Below are positions 10,707 to 18,365 of a stretch of DNA of 29,704 nucleotides, piece after piece. The position numbers and the translations under genes are program-made. Every line of letters begins with the position of its first letter. The first letter of the stretch is position 1. The notes under the pieces were generated by a model, which was not told the DNA's origin, ran no database searches, and was given only the letters and a program-made list of their open reading frames with translations. This stretch comes from Chthoniobacteraceae bacterium (GTDB taxonomy: Bacteria; Verrucomicrobiota; Verrucomicrobiia; Chthoniobacterales; Chthoniobacteraceae), in the NCBI GenBank assembly GCA_031409655.1, contig JANNXQ010000104.1:1-29704 (forward strand), read 5' to 3'.

Positions 10707-13529
10707 TCACGCCCGCCCAAGCCAGTCGTCCCAACTGACCCAACCTTGGTTCGCGTAGGTTTTCTGCGGCTCGGTAGGAATGTCGCGCGGACGCGGCGGC
10801 AAGGCGGGAAGTTTGCCCGAACTGAACAGCCTCCAGTCGCTCGGTTTGGATAGGCCGAGGGAACGTGCAAAGTCCCGGGCCGCGCGAAAGTCACGAGGCG
10901 TGACATTGCGATACGGCGTATTGCCAGTGGCAAGCCAGTCGCCCCAGCTGCTCCATCCTTCGCTTTGATAGACGCTGTCCGGTGCTGTGGGAATGTCCTC
11001 GGACCGCGGCGGCAAGCCGGGGATGCGTCCGGAGGTGTACTGCTTCCAAGCCCTTTGGCCGGAGAGTTTCAAGCTCCGCGCAAAAGCACGCGCATCCTCA
11101 AATGGAAGCCAGCGACGATTGAGTCTCGGTTCGTATCCCAGAAAATCCGGCCAGCTAACCCATTGTTCTCCATACATTTCGTGCGGTCGCGACGGGATGT
11201 TATCAGAGCGTTTGCCTCTACCCGGAAGTCTTCCGGCGCTGTAGAGCGACCAATCGTTCGGATTCTGGATGCCCAACGGGCGAATGATTTCGCGCGCTTC
11301 AACGTAGGGAAGAAAGGTCATCCCCCTTCGAGCAAAACCCTTTCTGCCTGTTCCGAAGAAGTCACCCCAACCTGTCCAGCCGCGTCCTGCATAGATCTGG
11401 TCGGGACTGCTCGGAATATCCGGCGGGCGAGGCGGCAATTCGGGCATCCGGCCCGCGCGCCACGCCTGCCATTCGTCCTGCCTCCTTAGTCCCAGCTCCT
11501 GCACGAACGCACGTGCAGTTTCGTAGGGTGCCCACGCGATTCTTGCGAGCTTCCCCCAGCACTGCAATTCGATGCCCTGCACGAACGTGTCCGCTTCCAC
11601 CTCCGCCGGGACAATCGCGCTCATGTCGAAGTTGAGCACGTGCCCGGAGCGCCGTGGCTGACCTCGCTGGATGGCGCGGAGTTCGTCGATGATGCGTTCG
11701 TCCTGCGATGCGAGCGCGCGGAGCACGGCGACGACGAAACCGAAGTGGGCGCTCTTCGCCGCGTCGTCGATGGAGGCGCCTTCGCGCACGACAAAGGGGA
11801 GGACGATGTACGCCTTGGTTTTGCCTTCGGCGCGGCGCATCGCGCGACCGGCGGCTTGCACGATGTCCACGGTGCTCGCCTTCGGGTCCACGAACATCAC
11901 GCAGTCGATGCCCGGCACGTCCACGCCTTCGGTGAGGCAGCGCGCATTCGTGACGAGCGAGGGCGGGCGCGCGGCGAAATCGCGCAGGATGGAATCGCGC
12001 TCGGTGCTGCGCATCGTGCCGGCGATGTGGAAGGAGCGGACGGCGGGTTGTTCGGGGAAGGCTTGATTGTACTCCTGCGAAAGCTGCTGGAAGTCGGCTG
12101 CGCGCCGGATGCTGGTGTGAAACGAAACTGCGCGAGTGACACCGAATTTTTCCACCGCGCGTCGGAGCGCGATGAGGCTGGCGAAGGCATTGGCCGTGAG
12201 CGCATCGAACTCGCCGCGGCTCGGCGTGATGAAGCGGCGCTCCTCGATCAGCTTGCGAACTTCACCTTCGCGCACGCCGATGGTGAGGATTTCGTAGTCG
12301 CAGAGAATCGGGGGCTCGCTCTCGAGCGCCGCCTTGAACGAGAGGAGATGAAACGTGGTGCCATAGAGCGTTGGGTCGTCCATCGAGACGACTTCGTCGG
12401 TGATGCCTTTGAAGCGGCGCTCTGTGGCAGTCATGAACAGGCGTCGGGCTATGGGCAGATGATCGTCGAACAACAGATGCGTAAATCGGCTGCGGCGCGT
12501 GCTGACGGTCTTGTGCGCTTCGTCGAAGACGGCGAGATCGCACCGCCAGTCGAGTGCCTTCGCGGCCTGCGCGAGTGAGGGCGAGCTTTGATAAGTCGTG
12601 AGGATGATTTCGCGCGCCGCGTTCATCTTTCGCATTTCGCCCATGATTCGCGCCGGATCGGTGACGCACGGGATGCCGAGATCGTGGACATGGGTGACGA
12701 GTTCATCGCGCTCCGCCTTGCCGGCCGACTCGTCGCTGCACACGCAAAGCCAGTTCACGGAGAGGCCGGCCGCGAGTGCTTCGCGCAGCCATACACTCAG
12801 CGTCTGGCCGAAGAGGAACAGACTCGGTACGGCGATGATGATGCGTCGCGCATTCAATGCGCCCGCCATCCACCAAGCCGTGAGAGTTTTGCCCGAACCA
12901 CACGGGCTGATAAACTTCCCACGGGACTCGCCAGCATCGACGAAATGCAGCACTGCGGCAGCCACGGCATCGTGCTGGTCACTGCGCGGTGTCTTTGCGA
13001 GTGGGATCTCCCGACGACCTGCGAGACGAGCGCGCAGGCGCGAGAAGAACTCCTCATCGAGGCTCGCCCAGAAGTCGGCCTTGCAGAAACCGACGCGGGC
13101 ATTGGCTTCCAGCAGGTGCGTCACGCGATCGGTCGTAGTGCAGACGAGGCCGTAAGCGAACCGCGCGGACACGCCGAAGGTGAGCGACATGAACGTGGCG
13201 AGTTCCTCGTGCTTGAGCGAACTGTCCCGTTCGCTCCGATACTTCGCCTGCACCGCCCAGTAGTCGCCCTCGAAGGTCTGCGCGACGATGTCGATGCCGT
13301 AGTCCCGCAGCGGGATTCCTAAATGTTCGCGCACTTCGAAGGGCACTCCCGATTGGAGCCACACTTTCTCCAATTTCGTCGCGTAGAGCGGATGCAGTTC
13401 GAGCGCGAGGGCGACCAGCAACTCGAAGACGTCCCCCTTTTCTCGCTCGGCGAGATCTCCCACCCGCTGCTGATAGTCCGCCCAAGATCGGCAAGTATTG
13501 AGAACGGATTCCGCGAGCATTGCCGGCAT
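10707..13529 (-). CDS. Mrr-type restriction endonuclease fused to SF2 (DEAH) helicase/ATPase, with four C-terminal Trp-rich repeats
   Basis: Nuclease EKGDVFE...DYGIDIV...WAVQAKY; helicase PCGSGKT, FDEAH, MTAT, LTEGVDVPGID, QAAGRAMR. Start uncertain (ATG at 13562, 13529 or 13520). Confidence 0.88.
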   Translation of the reverse strand: MPAMLAESVLNTCRSWADYQQRVGDLAEREKGDVFELLVALALELHPLYATKLEKVWLQSGVPFEVREHLGIPLRDYGIDIVAQTFEGDYWAVQAKYRSERDSSLKHEELATFMSLTFGVSARFAYGLVCTTTDRVTHLLEANARVGFCKADFWASLDEEFFSRLRARLAGRREIPLAKTPRSDQHDAVAAAVLHFVDAGESRGKFISPCGSGKTLTAWWMAGALNARRIIIAVPSLFLFGQTLSVWLREALAAGLSVNWLCVCSDESAGKAERDELVTHVHDLGIPCVTDPARIMGEMRKMNAAREIILTTYQSSPSLAQAAKALDWRCDLAVFDEAHKTVSTRRSRFTHLLFDDHLPIARRLFMTATERRFKGITDEVVSMDDPTLYGTTFHLLSFKAALESEPPILCDYEILTIGVREGEVRKLIEERRFITPSRGEFDALTANAFASLIALRRAVEKFGVTRAVSFHTSIRRAADFQQLSQEYNQAFPEQPAVRSFHIAGTMRSTERDSILRDFAARPPSLVTNARCLTEGVDVPGIDCVMFVDPKASTVDIVQAAGRAMRRAEGKTKAYIVLPFVVREGASIDDAAKSAHFGFVVAVLRALASQDERIIDELRAIQRGQPRRSGHVLNFDMSAIVPAEVEADTFVQGIELQCWGKLARIAWAPYETARAFVQELGLRRQDEWQAWRAGRMPELPPRPPDIPSSPDQIYAGRGWTGWGDFFGTGRKGFARRGMTFLPYVEAREIIRPLGIQNPNDWSLYSAGRLPGRGKRSDNIPSRPHEMYGEQWVSWPDFLGYEPRLNRRWLPFEDARAFARSLKLSGQRAWKQYTSGRIPGLPPRSEDIPTAPDSVYQSEGWSSWGDWLATGNTPYRNVTPRDFRAARDFARSLGLSKPSDWRLFSSGKLPALPPRPRDIPTEPQKTYANQGWVSWDDWLGRA
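10710..11532 (-). repeat. Four tandem ~60-70 aa protein repeats
   Basis: Consensus [YF]xxARx[FI]xxxLx[LI]xxxxxWxx[YWF]xxG[RK]xPxxxxRxx[DN]IPxxPxxxY...WxxWxD[FW][LF]; units begin PYETARAF, PYVEAREI, PFEDARAF, DFRAARDF. Confidence 0.9.
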
Positions 13530-13580
13530 GAATACGCCGCTCTTCCGCACCGTGGCAACCATCCCCGGATCGATCCCTCA

Positions 13581-13670
13581 CTTGGATGTGGAATCTTCGT
13601 CGAAATCATCGGTGCGCGACCTGGTCGCGTCTTCGCCTTCGAGCCGTATCTGGCGCTGTTTCGCGGGTGA
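13581..13670 (+). pseudogene. Probable 3' remnant of a Fic-family gene (C-terminal winged helix)
   Basis: Reads LGCGIFVEIIGARPGRVFAFEPYLALFRG*, resembling the GIxxEITGxxRxRVFxYxxYLxLF terminus recalled for Fic proteins; no matching upstream coding region. Confidence 0.45.
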
Positions 13671-13695
13671 GGCGCGAAGGTCGCGGCGGCGGCGC

Positions 13696-14073
13696 TTACT
13701 TCATCGAGTGCAGCCCGACCACATTGCCCTCGGTGTCGGTGACCAGCGCGATGAAGCCGTATTCGCCGATGGAGAATTTTTCTTTCATCACCGAGCCGCC
13801 GGCCTTCGTGACACGGGCAGCCTCCACGGCGCAGTCTTCGCACGAAAAATACACCAGCGTGCCGCCACCGCCGGACTTGCAACCGTCCATCTTCACGAGC
13901 GCGCCGGGCGCGCCGACGGTGGTCATGTCCATGGGGAAATTCCACATCTCGAGCGAGTCATCGGGCGCTTCGAGTTTCTCCAGTTTCCCGGCCAGGACCG
14001 TCTCATAGAAGGCCTTCGCCCGGTTCATGTCCTGCACATAAATTTCAAACCAGCCGACGGGATTTGTTTTCAT
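13696..14073 (-). CDS. VOC/glyoxalase-bleomycin resistance family protein
   Basis: NPVGWFEIYVQDMNRAKAFY, GTLVYFSCEDC, DTEGNVVGLHS; 125 aa. Confidence 0.92.
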   Translation of the reverse strand: MKTNPVGWFEIYVQDMNRAKAFYETVLAGKLEKLEAPDDSLEMWNFPMDMTTVGAPGALVKMDGCKSGGGGTLVYFSCEDCAVEAARVTKAGGSVMKEKFSIGEYGFIALVTDTEGNVVGLHSMK

Positions 14074-14193
14074 AGAAAGGTATCAGGCCCCGGGTGGCAG
14101 GCTCGGTCAACTCCGGCCCGGCGAAGTTTATTTTGTCGCCGAAATCGGCCTGCGTAGAGTCCAGTCCGCCCCTTCCCGAGCTATTCCATCGCT

Positions 14194-15219
14194 GTGAAAA
14201 CGATTCTTTCCTCCATCGCTGCCGCCCTGCTCCTGCTGGTCGGGGCGCAGGCCTGCTCCATCCCCGTCTTCCGCTACGCGCTGGATCGCTGGCCGGCGGA
14301 TCGCTTCGTCCTTGAGGTGTCGCCGAAAGACGGGAGTGACGAGCAGGTCGCGAAGTTCCTGCGCAATTTCACCGACAGCACGCCGCTCAATCTCACGCCC
14401 GTGCGATTGAAGGAAGACAGCGGATCGCGCCTCACCTTCCCACATCCCGAGCCGGGCTCCGCGCCCGCGTGGTCCGGCACGCTCGAGGCCACCGTGCTGG
14501 CGCAGATCGCAGACTCGCCAGCGCGGGCCGAGATCGTTCGCCGCACGCTCGCGGGTGAATCCGCGGTGTGGGTGCTCGTCGAGTCGGGGCGCAAAGACGA
14601 CGACGAACGCGCCGCCGCGACGATGGAGAAGCGCCTTCGTTATCTCGAGACCGCTTCCATCCTCCCGCCCATCGACCCGAGCGATCCCACGAGCAAACTC
14701 GGCCCTGGCCCGAAGCTTGGCGTGAAATTTTCACTCGTCCGCATCCGCGCGGATGATGCCGCCGAGCAGACTTTCGTGAAGATGCTCGCTGGTCCGAAGC
14801 CGGACGCAGCGCTGCAAGGTGGGCCGTGGTATTCCGTCGTCTTCGGACGCGGTCGGGCGCTTGGGGCCTGGCCAGCGGAGGGCTTCGGCGAGGAGCAGAT
14901 CGACGAAGTGTGCGGCTTCCTGCTCGGCGCGTGTTCGTGTGAAGTGAAGCGGATGAATCCCGGCTGGGACTTGCTCCTGCGCGCCGATTGGGACGCGGAA
15001 CTCGCCACCGCCGAACAGGCGCGCATCTCCGCCTCCGATGAGCCCGACGCTTTGCCCGCCGTCTCCGTGGTTCCCGAGACCGTGACCTTCGAGCCGCGCC
15101 CGGTGCCTCCACCATCCGCACCGGTTAATCAGCAACGCCTCACCCTCCGCCTGCTCGCCGCGAGCTTCGCGTTCGTGTTGCTGGCCTCCACGCTCGGGAA
15201 ACTTTTCGCGTCCCGATGA
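14194..15219 (+). CDS. Exported, C-terminally membrane-anchored protein of unknown function with Cys motifs
   Basis: GTG start; signal peptide ending AQA-CSIPVFRYALDRW; VFGRGRAL; CGFLLGACSCEVKRMNPGWDLL; Pro-rich linker and C-terminal hydrophobic helix; stop overlaps the next ATG. Confidence 0.75.
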   Translation: MKTILSSIAAALLLLVGAQACSIPVFRYALDRWPADRFVLEVSPKDGSDEQVAKFLRNFTDSTPLNLTPVRLKEDSGSRLTFPHPEPGSAPAWSGTLEATVLAQIADSPARAEIVRRTLAGESAVWVLVESGRKDDDERAAATMEKRLRYLETASILPPIDPSDPTSKLGPGPKLGVKFSLVRIRADDAAEQTFVKMLAGPKPDAALQGGPWYSVVFGRGRALGAWPAEGFGEEQIDEVCGFLLGACSCEVKRMNPGWDLLLRADWDAELATAEQARISASDEPDALPAVSVVPETVTFEPRPVPPPSAPVNQQRLTLRLLAASFAFVLLASTLGKLFASR

Positions 15220-16757
15220 AGCGCGCGCTTCTTCTCCTCCTCGCCGTCGCCATCTCCGGATGCGATCGCGGCTCGAATGAACCCGCGAAGGCAACACTCA
15301 CCGTCTATTGCGCGGCAGGATTGAAGAATCCCGTCGAGGCCATCGCCGCGAAGTACCGCGAAGAACTCGGCGTCGAGGTGCAACTCCAATACGGCGGCAC
15401 TGGCACGCTCCTCTCCCAACTCCGCGTGGCGAAGCGTGGTGACCTTTTCATCGCCGCGGATGACGCGGGCATCGTCGATGCGCGGAAGTTCGACGCCATC
15501 CGCGAAGTCGTCCCGCTCGTGAAACAGCGCCCGGTGATCGCGGTGCGCGCAGGCAATCCGAAGAAGATCGCGACGCTCGCCGATCTCGCGCGCGACGACG
15601 TGAAGCTCGCGCTCGCAAATCCCGAAGCCGCCGCCATCGGACGCTCCGTGCGCACGGCGCTCGGAGAAAAATATGAGCCGCTCGCGAAACGCGCCGTGGT
15701 GCAAAAGCCGACCGTCACGGAGATCGCGAGCGATCTCAGTCTCGGCGCAGTGGACGCGGCGATCCTGTGGGACTCGACCGTCCCGCAATTCAAGGGACTT
15801 GAAGCGATCGAAGCGCCCGAGATTTCCTCGCTCGCGGAGGATGCCAGCGTCGCCGTGCTCACGGCGTGCCAGGACTCCGTCGCCGCGCTGCGCTTCGCGC
15901 GCTACCTCGCCGCGCCGGAGAAAGGCGCGGCCATCTTTCAGCAGCATGGCTTCAAGCCCGTCGGCGGCGACCAGTGGGCGGTGAAGCCGGAGATGATCCT
16001 CTACAGCGGCGGCGTGAATCGCCCCGCCGTCGAAAATCTCCTGCGCGATTTCTCCGATCGCGAAGGCGCGACCGTCACCACCGTCTTCAATGGCTGCGGG
16101 ATCCTCTGCGCCTCGATGAAAGCGATGGAGGACGCGAGCAACCCGAAGTTTCCCGACGCCTACTACGCCTGCGATCTGTGCTTCGTCCCACCGGTGGCGC
16201 AGCATTTCCCCGAGACCCAGATCCTCACGGAGACCGAGATCGGCATCGTGGTGAAAAAGGGCAACCCGCGTGGCATCCGCACCCTCGCCGGCCTCGCGCA
16301 ACCGGGCTTGAAAGTCGGCCTCTGCAACACTCAGCAAAGCACCCTCGGCTACATGACGCAGGGGATGCTGCGCGACTTGAAGATCGCCGACCTCGTGCGC
16401 GCGAATGTCGTCGTCGAAGTGCCGACCGCCGACTTCCTCGTGAACCAGATGCGGGCCGGCGCGCTCGACGCGGCCGTGGTCTATCGCGTGAATGCCGCAC
16501 CGCAAGCCGAGCACCTCGACTTCCTGGTGATCGACCATCCCGGCGCGAAAGCGGTGCAGCCCTTTAGCATCCGCGCGGACTCGCCGAACCGCCAACTCGC
16601 CGGACGCCTGCTCGCTTGCATGAAATTGAATCGCGCGAGTTTTGAGAACGCCGGCTTCTCCTGGCGCGGCGACGAGCCGGTGCTGCGCAGCGACAAGATC
16701 GAAGTCCCGCCGTGGCTGCGACCGGAAGGCACCGGCCCGAACGGCACGGCGAAATGA
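15216..16757 (+). CDS. modA: ModA-like oxyanion-binding lipoprotein with two tandem binding domains
   Basis: Lipobox AISG-C; domain 1 YCAAGL, YGGTGTL, GDLFIAAD, GNPKKI, ANPEAAAIG; domain 2 YSGGVN, FNGCGIL, KGNPRGI, GALDAAVVY; 513 aa, about twice a normal ModA. Confidence 0.8.
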   Translation: MKRALLLLLAVAISGCDRGSNEPAKATLTVYCAAGLKNPVEAIAAKYREELGVEVQLQYGGTGTLLSQLRVAKRGDLFIAADDAGIVDARKFDAIREVVPLVKQRPVIAVRAGNPKKIATLADLARDDVKLALANPEAAAIGRSVRTALGEKYEPLAKRAVVQKPTVTEIASDLSLGAVDAAILWDSTVPQFKGLEAIEAPEISSLAEDASVAVLTACQDSVAALRFARYLAAPEKGAAIFQQHGFKPVGGDQWAVKPEMILYSGGVNRPAVENLLRDFSDREGATVTTVFNGCGILCASMKAMEDASNPKFPDAYYACDLCFVPPVAQHFPETQILTETEIGIVVKKGNPRGIRTLAGLAQPGLKVGLCNTQQSTLGYMTQGMLRDLKIADLVRANVVVEVPTADFLVNQMRAGALDAAVVYRVNAAPQAEHLDFLVIDHPGAKAVQPFSIRADSPNRQLAGRLLACMKLNRASFENAGFSWRGDEPVLRSDKIEVPPWLRPEGTGPNGTAK

Positions 16758-16780
16758 GCGGCGGCGCGGGGGCGGAGTGT

Positions 16781-16941
16781 CGGGGAGCGCGCCCGTCTCG
16801 GGCGCTGGCGGCGGCGTCCCGCCGACGCGGACTTTTCCAAGGCGCCATGAAAGCTCCAAGCGTTTCCGACTTCAGAGCACTGCTGGAAAGTTCGTTCCGG
16901 CGGGACGCCGTAACCAGCGCCCGAGACGGGCGCGCTCCCCG
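16781..16941. repeat. REP/MITE-like palindromic element between modA and modB
   Basis: Perfect 28-bp inverted repeat 16781-16808 / 16914-16941, plus a 13-bp inner one 16812-16824 / 16898-16910; each outer arm has its own hairpin (GCGCCCG-TCT-CGGGCGC). Confidence 0.9.
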
Positions 16942-16944
16942 GAT

Positions 16945-17724
16945 ATGACCCGCCGCTTCGATCCGCTCTGGCTCATGCTCGGCGTCATCACCGGCGCGTA
17001 TCTGCTTTTCCTCCTCGCGATGCTCGGGGCGACCGCGGGGTACAGCTCTCCGCACGATCTGTGGCAGGCGCTCGGGAAGCGGGAGATCCGCTACGCCATC
17101 GGGCTGAGCCTCGCCACTTGCACGATCACCGCGGTACTCTCCCTGCTGCTGGCGGTGCCCGTCGGTTATTTGCTTTCACGCGGAAGATTTCGCGGTCGCG
17201 AGTGGCTGGATGCAGCGCTCGATATTCCCATCGTTCTGCCGCCGATGGTCGTCGGCCTGTGCCTGCTCATCTTTTTCCAGACCTCGATCGGCCACGCCAT
17301 CGAGCGCGTCATCCCTTTCACCTACACGATCGCCGGCGTGGTCCTCGCGCAATGCACCATCGGCGCCGCCTTTGCCGTGCGCACGATGCGCGGGACTTTC
17401 GATCACCTCTCGTCGCGACCGGAAGATGTGGCGATGACGCTGGGCTGCTCACGGGCGCGAGCGATCTGGCTCGTCACCCTGCCCGCGGCGCGGCGCGGGA
17501 TGTTTGCCGCGGCGAGCATCGCGTGGGCGCGCAGCCTGGGGGAATTTGGGCCGGTGCTCGTCTTCGCCGGCGCGACGCGGATGAAGACCGAGGTGCTGCC
17601 GACGACGGTGTGGCTCGAGCTGAGCGTCGGGAATCTCGAAGCCGCCGTCGTGGTGAGTCTGCTCATGGTCGCGCTCGCCGTGGTGGTGCTCGCGAGCGTG
17701 CGGCTGATGGGCGAGCGCATATGA
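16945..17724 (+). CDS. modB: ModB-like ABC permease, 259 aa
   Basis: DIPIVLPPMVVG, EDVAMTLG (EAA loop), WARSLGEFG; start at ATG 16945 just after the palindrome. Confidence 0.88.
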   Translation: MTRRFDPLWLMLGVITGAYLLFLLAMLGATAGYSSPHDLWQALGKREIRYAIGLSLATCTITAVLSLLLAVPVGYLLSRGRFRGREWLDAALDIPIVLPPMVVGLCLLIFFQTSIGHAIERVIPFTYTIAGVVLAQCTIGAAFAVRTMRGTFDHLSSRPEDVAMTLGCSRARAIWLVTLPAARRGMFAAASIAWARSLGEFGPVLVFAGATRMKTEVLPTTVWLELSVGNLEAAVVVSLLMVALAVVVLASVRLMGERI

Positions 17725-18365
17725 TCCGCCTCGACGACATCGCGTGGCGCGCGGGTGCGTTTGGCTTGGAGAAAGTGAGCTTCACCGTGCCGGCAGGGCG
17801 CTATGGGGTGCTTATGGGAAAGACGGGCGGCGGAAAAACTTCGCTGCTCGAAATCATCTGCGGCCTGCGTCAGCCGGATGCTGGTCGCGTGTGGCTCGCG
17901 GAGCGGGAGGTGACGCAGCTCGCGCCCGGCGATCGTGGCATCGGCTACGTCCCGCAGGACGGCGCACTCTTCCCGACCATGACGGTGCGCCAGCAGATCG
18001 GCTTTGCCCTGCGCCTGCGCCATCGGCCCACCGATGAAATCGCGCGCCGCGTCACCGAACTCGCCGCGCCGCTCGGCATCGCGCACCTACTCGACCGCAA
18101 ACCCGACGGCCTCTCCGGCGGCGAACGCCAGCGCGTCGCCCTCGGCCGCGCGCTCGCCGCAAAGCCGCAAGTCCTCCTCCTCGACGAGCCGCTCTCCGCG
18201 CTCGACGACGACACCCGCGAGCCACTCGCCGATCTCCTGCGCACGGTGCAGCGCGAGACCGCCGTGACCGTCCTGCACATCACCCACAATCGCAGCGAAG
18301 CCGCGCGCCTGGCGGACATCCTCCTCCGCCTCGAAGATGGCCGCATCCGCGAAGAGCAGCCATGA
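17721..18365 (+). CDS. modC: ModC-like ABC ATPase, 214 aa, no TOBE domain
   Basis: GKTGGGKT, GYVPQDGALFP, LSGGERQRVALGRAL, LLLDEP, HITH; ATGA overlaps with both neighbours. Confidence 0.88.
   Translation: MIRLDDIAWRAGAFGLEKVSFTVPAGRYGVLMGKTGGGKTSLLEIICGLRQPDAGRVWLAEREVTQLAPGDRGIGYVPQDGALFPTMTVRQQIGFALRLRHRPTDEIARRVTELAAPLGIAHLLDRKPDGLSGGERQRVALGRALAAKPQVLLLDEPLSALDDDTREPLADLLRTVQRETAVTVLHITHNRSEAARLADILLRLEDGRIREEQP

Noticed and set aside
16642..16944. 100-aa N-terminal extension of ModB in the ORF track
   Set aside because: It overlaps modA and translates the palindromic repeat; the membrane protein begins at ATG 16945.
17061..17720. Long N-terminal extension of the ABC ATPase
   Set aside because: Arg-rich alternate frame of modB; the true start is the ATGA overlap at 17721.
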